A stretch of 64,000 nucleotides of DNA from contig CBDEGZ010000003.1 in assembly GCA_965238175.1 (NCBI GenBank), positions 800,001 to 864,000 of the forward strand, in the 5' to 3' direction. Both the position numbers and the translations under genes were made by a program. The notes under the pieces were generated by a model that was given only the letters and a program-made list of their open reading frames with translations, had not been told where the DNA came from and ran no database searches. Source of the stretch: Gammaproteobacteria bacterium. GTDB taxonomy: Bacteria > Pseudomonadota > Gammaproteobacteria > CAJXQU01. This document shows positions 30,772 through 41,604 of the stretch, in pieces (within the stretch, counting starts at the first letter, position 1; each line of letters opens with the position of its first letter).

Positions 30772-32505
30772 TTACTTAGGTACCGGCAGAGGAGTCGACA
30801 CACTATCGTGTAAAAAACGTCGATAAGGTGATAAGTCACCTGTCAGGCTGGCATTGTGTATGACGACAGGGCGTAAGAAAATGATCAATTCGGTTTTGGT
30901 ATTTTGGAAATCTCTTTGTTTGAATGCATTACCTACACCGGGTATATCTTCGAGGCCTGGTACACCATTAGTGCTGCGATCATAGTTATCGGTCATCAAG
31001 CCACCTAAAATTGCAACTTGGCCGCTGTTAACTTTTAGGATGGATTCCATCTCTCGAACAGCAATAACAGGGATTAGACTTACAATATTTGGAAAGTCTG
31101 CATTCGTAGATTGAGCCGCAATCAATCTAGGAGCAGGATCAGGTACTCTATCGATAACCCTTGAAATTGTTGGCCTGACATTGAGAGTAACTGCTTGGTT
31201 CTCATTAATCTGAGGTGTTACCGCCATGACTAGACCAACAGGAACCGTGTGTACTTCAGATTCTATCGATTGGAGATTGTTTCCTGCACTAGTACCACTT
31301 GCCTGACTTATTTGTGAGTCGATTGTGAAGTAGACTTGATTTTCAACCACCTTAAGAACAGCTGTTTGGTTATTCAGGGTCATCAGCTTAGGGCTAGAAA
31401 GTACCTTTGCATCACCGAATGTATTAAGTAATTGTATGGTTGCTCTAAAATCGGCGGGCTGAAGAGTAGTGGTAGTAACACCGTTGGTTGTCGTAGTAGA
31501 GACGGTATTGTTAGTCTGAATTCTTCCTTGAAAAATTCCATTCGCTGAATCGAAGTTGTTGGTAAGGGTTTGTCCAATTTCTATGAGACTATTGCCACCA
31601 ATCAAGGCGCTCCAGTCGACCCCTGCCTGAAAACGATCACTTAGTGTTACTTCAACAATGGTCGCTTCTATTAGTACCTGGCGTTGAGCATTCTGAAGAA
31701 CTTGATCAATGAATGTCTGGATATCTAAATGTTGTAGCGATGTTGCCTTAACGTTAATCACACCACTTTCAGCATTAACGATAACGGATTCAGATCCAAG
31801 TTGACCAGAACCTGATGAGCCTGAATTATTCTCTCCTAGTATCCCTGAAATATTGCTGGCTAATGTTTCCCAGAAATGATGTGTTGATGTACTTTTAACT
31901 GCCGTTGTAGAATTATTTTCACCACTGGAACCGCCGCCAGTTGATGTCACATCTACCGTACCTGTGTTCGCAATTTGAGTTGAAATACTGACTTCACCAT
32001 TCGTATCCCTTGAGATATTTACGTAATCGACTTTATAGGTGCGAAAATAGGGATCATCTGGCGAGATATATAAATTATTACCATCAAGTTCATATCGAAG
32101 CTTGGCTTGCCGCGAAATACGTTCGAGAATTTGTGGCAAGGTTTGTTCGACAGCATTGAGTGTCACCAAACCTTCAATATCCGAATCCACATCAATATTT
32201 AGTGATGCATCTCTTGCCAGTGCAAACAGTAGTTCTTTTACAGGGACATCGTTTACAACAACCGTGTATCGCTCAAGATCTTGCTCTATTGGTTGTGGTA
32301 GGGGTGGTGGTAAAAAAGCTTTTTGATCGACAATTTTTGGAATTTCGTCGTTTGAAGTATTCGACACTTGTGGGTCAATCGAGATATGACCTTCCGAAGG
32401 TTGATGTGGTTCTGGAATACTCGATGCGCACCCAGCTATAGATACAGCTAGTATCAAAATATAAAGCGGGTAAATTTTAGTTTTTCCCTTTAATATCATA
32501 TTCAT
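30772..32505 (-). CDS. mshL: MshL-type lipoprotein secretin
   Basis: IAGC lipobox; RQVLIEATIVEV.L....GVDW, VLSSPKL.TLNNQ.A, P.L..IP..G..F, KTELIIFLRP. Confidence 0.88.
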   Translation of the reverse strand: MNMILKGKTKIYPLYILILAVSIAGCASSIPEPHQPSEGHISIDPQVSNTSNDEIPKIVDQKAFLPPPLPQPIEQDLERYTVVVNDVPVKELLFALARDASLNIDVDSDIEGLVTLNAVEQTLPQILERISRQAKLRYELDGNNLYISPDDPYFRTYKVDYVNISRDTNGEVSISTQIANTGTVDVTSTGGGSSGENNSTTAVKSTSTHHFWETLASNISGILGENNSGSSGSGQLGSESVIVNAESGVINVKATSLQHLDIQTFIDQVLQNAQRQVLIEATIVEVTLSDRFQAGVDWSALIGGNSLIEIGQTLTNNFDSANGIFQGRIQTNNTVSTTTTNGVTTTTLQPADFRATIQLLNTFGDAKVLSSPKLMTLNNQTAVLKVVENQVYFTIDSQISQASGTSAGNNLQSIESEVHTVPVGLVMAVTPQINENQAVTLNVRPTISRVIDRVPDPAPRLIAAQSTNADFPNIVSLIPVIAVREMESILKVNSGQVAILGGLMTDNYDRSTNGVPGLEDIPGVGNAFKQRDFQNTKTELIIFLRPVVIHNASLTGDLSPYRRFLHDSVSTPLPVPK

Positions 32506-32630
32506 CGCTTACGATGCTCCTCAATCGAACGAACAAGATACCATATTTTTAGTCTGGAATAGAGAATTAACGCACAAATTTTCTATCCTTAGGAAAATGG
32601 TCAGATATTTGTCACAAGGTGTTATGTGGG

Positions 32631-33683
32631 TTACTGAAAAGACGTAATTTCCTGATCCAATTTTTTCCAGGTAGAGGAACTGGATTCAGCTTGATGAGAA
32701 TACAGGTTTTTATTTGGGTTATGAGTAGAACTCTTTTCGAAAGGTTGGTTCTCAATAACAAGATTATTTCTATTGTTGTTATACCACCAAGCCGTTCCAG
32801 CAATGACAGCTAATAATATTACCAGAGCTAGAATGATCCAGTACCTTGAGTTGCCAGAATCAATGCCTGGCATGTCTGAAAAATCAGAATCATTAACAGC
32901 GGTTTTGACGTGTTTCAGGGTGACAACTCGATCATTTTCTGCATAAGCTGCGAGACAGGCTTTGTCACCGAGAATATTGATGCGACGCAATAAGCCACCG
33001 GATCGTTTCCATATTTGTTTAATAGCCTTCTGATCAAACAGATCCATTCCTTGATAGCCACTGGCTCGCATCCGCGAATTCATATAATCACGGACTTCAT
33101 ACTCTTGAAGAGGTGCCAGGTTAAAACTATATGTGATCCGTTCTTTTAACTGTCTGATATGTTGTTTTGAAAGATTTTCATCCAGTTCTGGTTGTCCAAA
33201 CAAAACGATTTGTAGCAATTTATCCTGCTTTGTTTCCAGGTTACTCAAAAGGCGTAATTCTTCTAATGTTTCGATCGGCATGCTTTGCGCTTCTTCTACA
33301 AACATTACAACTCGATTGTTGTTGGCATGCTGCTCAACAAGATAGTCTTGAATTTTATGCATCGCTTTGAGATTCGGATCATGTGGTTCGACATCGAGAT
33401 TCATTTCAAAGCCGATGGCGTGTAACAGATTTTCCGGAGTCAAACTTGGGTTGGCGAGGTAGACTACTTGAACATCATTTGGAAGGCTGTCCTCCAGCAT
33501 GCGGCAGAGCATGGTTTTTCCGCTGCCTACTTCACCAACGACTTTTACAATTCCCTCACCACTCGTGACAGCGTATGTGAGTGCTTGTAAGACAGCACCT
33601 CGATTTGCTCCGGGGAAAAACAAATTTGTATCCGGCGTTATCTTAAAGGGTGACTGTTTTAATCCAAAATACGCTTTATACAT
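32631..33683 (-). CDS. ExeA/GspA/MshM-family AAA ATPase
   Basis: MY..YFGL...PF.ITPD, GEVGSGKT, EEAQ, LEELRLLSNLE, LFGQPEL, G..R.IN; C-terminal TM. Confidence 0.92.
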   Translation of the reverse strand: MYKAYFGLKQSPFKITPDTNLFFPGANRGAVLQALTYAVTSGEGIVKVVGEVGSGKTMLCRMLEDSLPNDVQVVYLANPSLTPENLLHAIGFEMNLDVEPHDPNLKAMHKIQDYLVEQHANNNRVVMFVEEAQSMPIETLEELRLLSNLETKQDKLLQIVLFGQPELDENLSKQHIRQLKERITYSFNLAPLQEYEVRDYMNSRMRASGYQGMDLFDQKAIKQIWKRSGGLLRRINILGDKACLAAYAENDRVVTLKHVKTAVNDSDFSDMPGIDSGNSRYWIILALVILLAVIAGTAWWYNNNRNNLVIENQPFEKSSTHNPNKNLYSHQAESSSSTWKKLDQEITSFQ

Positions 33684-33698
33684 AATTTATTTTTTTGT

Positions 33699-35147
33699 TT
33701 AGTTTTGTTGTTTTACTTCGATGGATAGACGTTGTATCTTACTGTATAACGTTGTGCGATTGATCCCTAATATTCTGGCTGCATGGCTTAAATTTCCATG
33801 ACTGTTTTTTAATGCAATGGTGATAAACCGTTTTTCCCATTCATCCAGTTTTTCATCCAGACGGAAAGTCTCTGAATGTAATAATTCACGTTCGCCAAGC
33901 AGATCCAAGTCATTTTGATCGGATTCGGGTACATAAACCGCAAGTTCCATTTCTGCCTCTAGTTGTCGTAGGTTAACGGGTGAACCGGGATATTTTGATC
34001 CGAGGCGGATAACAATATTTCTCAATTCGCGTACATTGCCAGGGAAAGAATATTGTAGTAACCGTTGCCTTGCTTCTTTATCCAGAATGAATGCGGGAAA
34101 GGTTCCTGCATAGAGTTGTTGGAAATAATCTAACAAAAGTAAACAGTCATCACTTCTCTCACGAAGAGGAGGTACTTTAATCGTTAAAACGCTGAGCCTA
34201 TGATAAAGATCTTGACGGAAAGACCCTTTGCGCACTTCTTCTGGTAGTTCACGATTTGTTGCTGCGACAATTCGAGCATCAGAGTGTCGAGATTGGGTTT
34301 CACCAATACGGTAATACTCACCGTTTTCTAAAACTCTTAGCAGCTTTGCTTGCAGTTCTATGGGTAACTCACCTACTTCATCAAGTAATAAAGTCCCTTT
34401 GTCAGCTTGTTCAAAGAAGCCAGGTTTAGCTGAATCTGCACCAGTAAATGCGCCTTTAGCGTGACCAAATAGTTGCGCTTCTAAAAGATCGGCGGGAAAT
34501 GCGGCGCAGTTGATCGTTAATAGAGGGTGTTTTGATCGTTCGCTTTTACTATGTAGATATTCGACAACGAGTTCTTTACCACTACCAGACTCACCTTCGA
34601 TCAAAACTGGAAAGGGAGTATCGGCGAATTGCTTGATCAAAGCACGCAGGGTCTTTATTACTGGACTTTGCCCAATAATGCCGAGATTTTCCTTTTTGAC
34701 AATCGTGTTTTCTTGCTCGGCATCTAACAGCATCAATTGATGTTGTAATCGCGTTTTGAGCAAATGGACATCACAAGGTTTCGGCACAAAGTCGATCGCA
34801 CCAAGGGTCATTGCATGTTGAATATTGCTACGTTTACTTTGGCCAGAAAGCACTAATATTTTGATCGCCGGGTTAAATGCTAATAATTCAGTGATTAAAT
34901 TAAACCCTTCTTCTGGTGTGTGTGGTGTCGGTGGCAAACCTAGATCGACGAGTGCAAGGGATGGAAGCGTTGAACGATTTTGGAGTAGGTTTTTGGCTTC
35001 TTCGCGAGTATTGGCAGTGAGCACATCAAATGTTTCTTGCAATACGAAACCTAACGATTCAATGATCAAATGATCATCATCAATGAGTAATAACTGAGGT
35101 TTTTCAGCGAGATTTGATCCTGCTAGAACGTTTGTGTCTGTTGCCAT
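33699..35147 (-). CDS. Sigma54-dependent response regulator (REC-AAA-Fis HTH), PrsR-like receiver
   Basis: LLIDDD, DLGLPP..P.EGF, GESGSGKE, GAFTGA, LDEVGE, FPGNVREL, LGINRTTLY; probable start ATG 35147 after GGAG. Confidence 0.92.
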   Translation of the reverse strand: MATDTNVLAGSNLAEKPQLLLIDDDHLIIESLGFVLQETFDVLTANTREEAKNLLQNRSTLPSLALVDLGLPPTPHTPEEGFNLITELLAFNPAIKILVLSGQSKRSNIQHAMTLGAIDFVPKPCDVHLLKTRLQHQLMLLDAEQENTIVKKENLGIIGQSPVIKTLRALIKQFADTPFPVLIEGESGSGKELVVEYLHSKSERSKHPLLTINCAAFPADLLEAQLFGHAKGAFTGADSAKPGFFEQADKGTLLLDEVGELPIELQAKLLRVLENGEYYRIGETQSRHSDARIVAATNRELPEEVRKGSFRQDLYHRLSVLTIKVPPLRERSDDCLLLLDYFQQLYAGTFPAFILDKEARQRLLQYSFPGNVRELRNIVIRLGSKYPGSPVNLRQLEAEMELAVYVPESDQNDLDLLGERELLHSETFRLDEKLDEWEKRFITIALKNSHGNLSHAARILGINRTTLYSKIQRLSIEVKQQN

Positions 35148-35185
35148 TACTTCTCCCAACTTTGTGGCATGACAAAGCTGATAAC

Positions 35186-35243
35186 AGTATATGCAATCTT
35201 GAATATATTGTCACAGTGAGGAATGAACCCACTGTGACAATAT
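35186..35243 (-). promoter_or_regulatory. Sigma70-like promoter whose -35 lies inside a 14-bp perfect inverted repeat
   Basis: Minus strand GTGACA-17 nt-TATACT (35214-35186); ATATTGTCACAGTG (35205-35218) / CACTGTGACAATAT (35230-35243). Confidence 0.55.
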
Positions 35244-35273
35244 CGTTTGTATGATTATTACTAGCTGAGATTA

Positions 35274-36587
35274 TTAATAACGATAATGTTCAGGTTTGAA
35301 AGGACCATCAATGGAAACACTGATGTAATCGGCTTGTTCTTGAGTCAATTTTGTCAGATTTGCATTGATGCGTTTCAAATGAAGCATCGCTACTTTTTCG
35401 TCTAATTTTTTTGGCAAGGTATAAACCTTGTTCTCATAATTAGACGAATTTTCCCACAGTTCGATCTGTGCCAGCACCTGATTCGTGAAAGAGTTAGACA
35501 TAACAAAACTTGGATGACCGGTGGCACAGCCGAGATTCACCAAACGACCTTCAGCTAATAGGATAATGCGTTTTCCATCCGGGAAGATTATGTGATCGAC
35601 TTGAGGTTTAATGTTTTCCCAAGTGTATTGTTTAAGGCCAGCAACATCGATTTCATTATCAAAGTGACCAATATTACAAACGATAGATTGATCTTTCATT
35701 TTGATCATATGGTCATGGGTGATGACGTTATAGTTTCCAGTAGCAGTAACAAAAATATCTGCTTGATCAACGACATTGTTAAGCTCAACAACACGATAAC
35801 CTTCCATCGCGGCTTGCAAAGCACAAATTGGATCAACTTCTGTTACCCAAACTGTCGCACCGAGTCCTTTCAAAGATTGTGCACAGCCTTTACCTACATC
35901 GCCGTAACCCAAAACAACTGCAACTTTACCAGCGATCATTACATCAGTAGCACGTTTGATCCCGTCGACAAGTGACTCGCGGCAGCCATATAAATTATCG
36001 AATTTAGATTTAGTCACTGAATCATTCACATTGATTGCAGGAACTTTTAATGTACCTTTTTTGACCATCTCGGTCAGACGTAATACGCCAGTTGTTGTTT
36101 CTTCAGAAAGCCCCAGAACGTCGTTCATGGTTTCTGGATATTTCTCGTGCATCATGGTGGTTAGATCGCCACCATCGTCGAGGATTAAGTTTGGTCTCCA
36201 GCCATTTGGGCCGAAGATTGTTTGTTCAATACACCATTCAGCTTCTTCTTCCGTTTCACCTTTCCAGGCAAATACCGGAATGTCTTGATCAGCAATTGCC
36301 GCGGCTGCGTGATCTTGAGTAGAGAAAATATTACAAGACGACCAGCGAATTTCTGCGCCAAGTTCAACCAGGGTTTCGATCAAAACCGCAGTTTGGATCG
36401 TCATGTGTAAACACCCGGCAATGCGGGCACCGGCAAGTGGCTTTTTGCCTTTATACTCTTCACGTATTGTCATCAGGCCTGGCATTTCAGTTTCAGCAAT
36501 GGCGATTTCTTTGTGTCCCCATTCTGCTAATGACATGTCGGCTACTTTGTAATCAGGGTCAAGATTTTGTATCGGTTGTGCGCTCAT
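35274..36587 (-). CDS. ahcY: Adenosylhomocysteinase
   Basis: [54 protein letters not shown] terminus. Confidence 0.98.
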   Translation of the reverse strand: MSAQPIQNLDPDYKVADMSLAEWGHKEIAIAETEMPGLMTIREEYKGKKPLAGARIAGCLHMTIQTAVLIETLVELGAEIRWSSCNIFSTQDHAAAAIADQDIPVFAWKGETEEEAEWCIEQTIFGPNGWRPNLILDDGGDLTTMMHEKYPETMNDVLGLSEETTTGVLRLTEMVKKGTLKVPAINVNDSVTKSKFDNLYGCRESLVDGIKRATDVMIAGKVAVVLGYGDVGKGCAQSLKGLGATVWVTEVDPICALQAAMEGYRVVELNNVVDQADIFVTATGNYNVITHDHMIKMKDQSIVCNIGHFDNEIDVAGLKQYTWENIKPQVDHIIFPDGKRIILLAEGRLVNLGCATGHPSFVMSNSFTNQVLAQIELWENSSNYENKVYTLPKKLDEKVAMLHLKRINANLTKLTQEQADYISVSIDGPFKPEHYRY

Positions 36588-36614
36588 TTATATTGGCTCC
36601 AAATAAAAAGTTGT

Positions 36615-37772
36615 TTATGGATCAAGACTCGCTTTTAGAGCCTCGGCCTTATCTGTTCGTTCCCATGTAAATTCATCACCACGACCAAAGTGGCCGTAAG
36701 CTGCGGTTGCTTTCAAACCGGGTTTACACAAATCTAGCATTTCGGTAATCCCTTTTGGTCTGAGATCAAAATTTTCGCGAATTGCTGCGATCAGTTTATT
36801 TTCATCAATTTTCCCAGTACCAAAGGTGTCAACACTGATGGAAGTAGGTTCTGCGACACCAATTGCATAGGAAACTTGTAATTCACAGCGGTCAGCCAAG
36901 CCGGCTGCTACAACATTCTTAGCGACATAACGCGCCGCATAGGCAGCGGAGCGATCAACCTTGGACGGGTCTTTGCCAGAAAATGCACCACCACCATGGC
37001 GAGCCATGCCGCCATAAGTATCAACAATAATCTTACGGCCTGTAAGGCCACAATCTCCAACAGGGCCACCAATAACGAAACGGCCGGTTGGATTGATGTA
37101 ATATCGTGTTTTCTCAGTTAGCCATTTGGTAGGAAGAACGGGTTTTATAACCTCTTCCATAATCGCTTCTTGCAAGTCTTTTTGTTCAATTTCAGGATTA
37201 TGCTGAGTTGAGAGAACAACAGCATCAATTCCAACAGGTGCGCCATCTTCATAGATGAAAGTGACCTGACTTTTAGCGTCTGGGCGCAACCAGGCCAGCC
37301 TACCGTTCTTACGAACTTCAGCCTGTTTTTTCACTAGTTGATGAGCATAGGCAATCGGTGCAGGCATGAGGACATCGGTTTCACTACAGGCATAACCAAA
37401 CATTAAGCCCTGGTCGCCAGCACCTTGTTCTTTTTCACTATCTTCATCGACACCCATCGCAATATCGGGCGACTGTTTGTCGATTGATACCATGATGGCA
37501 CAGGTATCACTATCAAAACCCATTTCAGAACTGGTGTAACCAATTTCTTTAATTGTGTTTCGAACAACTTCAGGCATGTCTACGGTTGCAGTAGTGGTAA
37601 TCTCACCAGCAAGTACGACAATTCCTGTGGTAATGAGTGTTTCGCAAGCAACACGTGCCGTATTGTCTTGTTCTAGAATAGCATCAAGAATAGCGTCAGA
37701 AATTTGATCTGCGACTTTATCTGGATGACCTTCTGAGACAGATTCAGATGTAAAGAGGCGCTTACTTCCCAT
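36615..37772 (-). CDS. metK: S-adenosylmethionine synthetase
   Basis: [41 protein letters not shown]. Confidence 0.98.
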   Translation of the reverse strand: MGSKRLFTSESVSEGHPDKVADQISDAILDAILEQDNTARVACETLITTGIVVLAGEITTTATVDMPEVVRNTIKEIGYTSSEMGFDSDTCAIMVSIDKQSPDIAMGVDEDSEKEQGAGDQGLMFGYACSETDVLMPAPIAYAHQLVKKQAEVRKNGRLAWLRPDAKSQVTFIYEDGAPVGIDAVVLSTQHNPEIEQKDLQEAIMEEVIKPVLPTKWLTEKTRYYINPTGRFVIGGPVGDCGLTGRKIIVDTYGGMARHGGGAFSGKDPSKVDRSAAYAARYVAKNVVAAGLADRCELQVSYAIGVAEPTSISVDTFGTGKIDENKLIAAIRENFDLRPKGITEMLDLCKPGLKATAAYGHFGRGDEFTWERTDKAEALKASLDP

Positions 37773-37882
37773 AAGGGTTCTCCAAAAGCATGAGTAAAGT
37801 GGTGCGACAGTGTATGATATAGCGGATCTTATTTCTATTCCTTAATTAACCAACTACGTCATGTTTTTGTAGGTTGAATGCT

Positions 37883-38440
37883 ATGGTTTTGATGGAAACT
37901 CCTGTATGTGAGTTTGGGAAGCCTGCGATCGACTTCAAGTTAGAAGGAATCGATGGCAAACAGTGGTCGCTTGCTGAATGTAAAGGCGATAATGGATTGC
38001 TTGTGATGTTCATTTGTAACCATTGTCCTTATGTTAAATCAATTCAAGATAAACTAGTCTGCGATACAAATGAACTTGCTGATTCAGGTATAAACAGTGT
38101 TGCGATTATGTCGAATGATCCTGCTGAATATGAAGAGGATTCGTTCGAAAACATGAAGCGTATAGCCGAACAATTTGATTATCAATTTCCCTATTTGATC
38201 GATACCACACAAGAAATCGCCAAGGCATATGGTGCTGTCTGCACGCCCGATTTTTTTGGCTACAATTCTGCTCTTGAATTGCAATTTCGTGGTCGTCTGG
38301 ATGCGAGTGGCATGCAAACTGTACCTAATGTAAAACGTGAACTACTTGAGGCTATGAAGCAGGTTGTGAAGACAGGGAAAGGTCCTATTGAACAAATTCC
38401 GAGTATGGGATGCTCAATTAAGTGGATGACATCATCATAA
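37883..38440 (+). CDS. Thioredoxin-family (AhpC/TSA-like) protein
   Basis: Probable start ATG 37883; FICNHCPYV, YGAVCTPDFF, PSMGCSIKW. Confidence 0.9.
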   Translation: MVLMETPVCEFGKPAIDFKLEGIDGKQWSLAECKGDNGLLVMFICNHCPYVKSIQDKLVCDTNELADSGINSVAIMSNDPAEYEEDSFENMKRIAEQFDYQFPYLIDTTQEIAKAYGAVCTPDFFGYNSALELQFRGRLDASGMQTVPNVKRELLEAMKQVVKTGKGPIEQIPSMGCSIKWMTSS

Positions 38441-38444
38441 ATAG

Positions 38445-38472
38445 TTGCCCGGAATCATAAGCAAGGTAGAAT
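38445..38472 (+). promoter_or_regulatory. Possible sigma70 promoter of the tkt operon
   Basis: TTGCCC-16 nt-TAGAAT followed by GC-rich GTCCGCCC. Confidence 0.4.
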
Positions 38473-38523
38473 GTCCGCCCTTTACACTAAATAATTACAA
38501 TAACGAAGATTGATCAAAAGCGA

Positions 38524-40527
38524 ATGAATTCAACAGAGACAAGAAGAGAACTGGCCAACGCAATCCGAATACTTAGTATTGATGCCGTCCAGAAAGCAAA
38601 ATCTGGACATCCAGGTGCGCCGATGGGAATGGCAGACATTATGGAAGTGCTGTGGAATAGCTTCCTGAACCATAACCCGAAAAATCCAGATTGGCCGAAC
38701 CGTGATCGATTTGTACTTTCGAATGGCCATGGTTCCATGTTGTTATATTCGCTATTACATTTGACCGGATATGATGTTTCGATTGAGGATATACGAAACT
38801 TTCGTCAGTTTGAATCTAAAACACCAGGCCATCCTGAGTACGGTTATACGCCAGGAATTGAAACGACCACGGGCCCATTGGGACAAGGGATTGCGAATGC
38901 GGTAGGTATGGCAGCGGCTGAGCAAATCATGGCGGCTCAATTTAATCGTGACGAATTTAATATTGTCGATCACTATACCTACGTTGGCCTTGGTGATGGT
39001 TGTATGATGGAAGGCATCAGTCATGAAGCATGTTCTCTGGCTGGCACCTTAAAACTCGGTAAATTGATAGCCTTCTATGATGATAATGGTATTTCGATTG
39101 ATGGCGAAGTTGAGGGCTGGTTTACTGACGATACCGGAAAACGATTTGAATCTTATAACTGGCATGTGATCCGTGATGTTGATGGACACGATGCGGCAAG
39201 TATCGAAAAAGCGATCCTGGAAGCACGCGCAGTTTCCGATCAACCCAGTCTGATTTGCTGCAAAACGGTGATTGGGTTCGGCTCTCCAAATAAGCAAGGC
39301 ACAGAAAGTTGTCATGGTGCGCCTTTGGGATCTGATGAAATTGATCTGGTACGGAAAAACCTCAACTGGCCGCATCCTGAATTTGAAATTCCAGACAGTA
39401 TTTATAGTGCATGGAATGCAGATCAACAAGGTGCAAAAAACGAAACGGATTGGAATGATACGTTTTCAGCTTATCAAAAAGCACACCCTGATCTGGCCAC
39501 TGAATTTGATCGCCGCATCAGCGGAAAATTACCAGATAATTGGTCTGAAATAACGATGGACTATATAGCCTCTGTCGATCAAGCAGCGGCAACTATTCCA
39601 TCGCGTAATGCATCACAAAATGCGATTAATGCGTTTGCTCCTAGCTTGCCGGAATTATTAGGTGGTTCAGCGGATTTGGGAGCATCTAACAATACATATT
39701 GGGATGGTTATAAGAGCATTAATCCCATTTCACCGCAAGGTAACTACATTCATTACGGTGTCCGTGAATTTGCCATGGCGGCTATCATGAATGGCATTTC
39801 TCTACATGGAGGGCTGGTTCCATACGGCGGCACATTCCTGGTATTTTCGGATTATGCACGCAATGGTTTGCGAATGTCAGCTTTGATGGGGACGAAAGCC
39901 ATTTATGTGTTTACCCATGATTCCATTGGACTTGGCGAAGACGGCCCAACGCATCAACCAGTTGAACATGCATCGAGTTTAAGACTCATACCAAATATGT
40001 CGGTATGGCGACCCTGTGATGCGGTTGAATCTGCTGTTGCCTGGAAGGTGGCGGTTGAAAACGATGGGCCAACATCGATGTTGTACTCTCGTCAAAATTT
40101 GGAGCATCAAACTCGTACTGCTAGCCAACTAGAGAACATTCAACGAGGTGGCTACATTTTAGTGGATTGTGAAGGTCAACCGGATGCCATCGTTATTGCC
40201 ACAGGATCGGAAGTAGGCATAGCAACTGATGCAGCTAAGGAATTAGCGGCGAAAGGAAAAAAAATCCGTGTTGTTTCGATGCCATCAACGGATGTCTTTG
40301 ATTGTCAGGATGAACGTTATCGACATGATGTATTACCTCCGAGTGTTGGTGCACGCCTTGCGGTAGAAGCTGGGGTTAGTGATCTTTGGTATAAATACGT
40401 TGGATTGAATGGTTGTGTTATAGGGATTGATCGTTTCGGTGAGTCTGCGCCAGCATCGGTATTATTTGATCATTTTGGTTTTACAGCAGATCACATTGTT
40501 TCAGAATTAGAAAGTTTATTAAGTTAA
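38524..40527 (+). CDS. tkt: Transketolase
   Basis: [51 protein letters not shown]. Confidence 0.98.
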   Translation: MNSTETRRELANAIRILSIDAVQKAKSGHPGAPMGMADIMEVLWNSFLNHNPKNPDWPNRDRFVLSNGHGSMLLYSLLHLTGYDVSIEDIRNFRQFESKTPGHPEYGYTPGIETTTGPLGQGIANAVGMAAAEQIMAAQFNRDEFNIVDHYTYVGLGDGCMMEGISHEACSLAGTLKLGKLIAFYDDNGISIDGEVEGWFTDDTGKRFESYNWHVIRDVDGHDAASIEKAILEARAVSDQPSLICCKTVIGFGSPNKQGTESCHGAPLGSDEIDLVRKNLNWPHPEFEIPDSIYSAWNADQQGAKNETDWNDTFSAYQKAHPDLATEFDRRISGKLPDNWSEITMDYIASVDQAAATIPSRNASQNAINAFAPSLPELLGGSADLGASNNTYWDGYKSINPISPQGNYIHYGVREFAMAAIMNGISLHGGLVPYGGTFLVFSDYARNGLRMSALMGTKAIYVFTHDSIGLGEDGPTHQPVEHASSLRLIPNMSVWRPCDAVESAVAWKVAVENDGPTSMLYSRQNLEHQTRTASQLENIQRGGYILVDCEGQPDAIVIATGSEVGIATDAAKELAAKGKKIRVVSMPSTDVFDCQDERYRHDVLPPSVGARLAVEAGVSDLWYKYVGLNGCVIGIDRFGESAPASVLFDHFGFTADHIVSELESLLS

Positions 40528-40548
40528 TTTATAGAATTGGAGAAGAAA

Positions 40549-41556
40549 ATGCCTGTTAAAGTTGGAATCAATGGCTACGGTCGAATCGGACGTAATATCC
40601 TTCGCGCTCTTTACGAATCAGGTCGTACGGATGAAATCCAAATTGTCGCTATTAACGATCTGGGCGATGCTGCAACGAACGCTCATCTTACTCAATATGA
40701 TAGTGCGCACGGAAAATTCCCAGGTGAGGTTTCTGTCGAAGGTGATTACTTGATCGTCAATGGTGACAAGATCAAAGTGTTATCGGAACGTGATCCATCA
40801 AAATTACCTTGGGGAGAATTAGGTGTTGATGTTGTGCATGAATCGACAGGCTTTTTTGCCAGCAAGGATAAAGCGCGTCTACATTTAGAAGGTGGAGCGA
40901 AGAAAGTTATTGTTTCTGCGCCGGCCGGCAATGATGTAAAAACGGTTGTTTATGGTGTTAACCACGATATTCTCGATGCCAGCGATGAGATCATTTCTAA
41001 TGCTTCTTGTACAACAAATTGTTTGTCACCACTGGTACAACCATTGCACGAAAAAATGGGTGTTCTCAGTGGACTAATGACAACAATCCATGCGTATACA
41101 AATGATCAAGTACTGACAGATGTTTTTCATACGGATCTACGCCGTGCGCGATCAGCAACAACCTCAATGATCCCAACCAAAACAGGTGCGGCAGCCGCCG
41201 TTGGATTGGTGTTACCAGAATTGGCGGGCAAGCTCGATGGATATGCTATGCGCGTACCGACCATCAATGTTTCATTAGTTGACTTGACCTTCCAGGCGGG
41301 TAGAGAAACCACCGAGGATGAAGTAAATAACATACTAAAGGATGCTTCTGAAGGCGCTTTAAAAGGCGTACTCGAATACAATGATAAGCCTCTGGTTTCG
41401 ATTGATTTCAATCATAATCCGGCGTCTTCTATTTTTGAAGAAAGTTTGACGAAAGTGACTAACGGAACCTTAGTTAAAGTGTGTTCCTGGTATGACAATG
41501 AATGGGGGTTCTCTAACCGCATGTTAGATACCACACTTGCGTTGATGAACGTTTAA
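40549..41556 (+). CDS. gap: Type I glyceraldehyde-3-phosphate dehydrogenase
   Basis: [29 protein letters not shown]; ATG 40549 after GGAG. Confidence 0.97.
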   Translation: MPVKVGINGYGRIGRNILRALYESGRTDEIQIVAINDLGDAATNAHLTQYDSAHGKFPGEVSVEGDYLIVNGDKIKVLSERDPSKLPWGELGVDVVHESTGFFASKDKARLHLEGGAKKVIVSAPAGNDVKTVVYGVNHDILDASDEIISNASCTTNCLSPLVQPLHEKMGVLSGLMTTIHAYTNDQVLTDVFHTDLRRARSATTSMIPTKTGAAAAVGLVLPELAGKLDGYAMRVPTINVSLVDLTFQAGRETTEDEVNNILKDASEGALKGVLEYNDKPLVSIDFNHNPASSIFEESLTKVTNGTLVKVCSWYDNEWGFSNRMLDTTLALMNV

Positions 41557-41604
41557 GTAGATTTGGGTTCATTAGTTTAATGGCTAGATTTGGGGAAAAT
41601 AATC

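Noticed and set aside
32506-32630. Sigma54 promoter upstream of the secretin gene
   Set aside because: Best candidate TGGTATCTTGTTCGT lacks the -12 GC; TGGCATGACAAAGC near 35165 has wrong spacing and strand
36588-37882. SAM or SAH riboswitch upstream of metK or ahcY
   Set aside because: The metK-ahcY gap is 27 bp and the ~110-bp metK leader shows no recognisable aptamer
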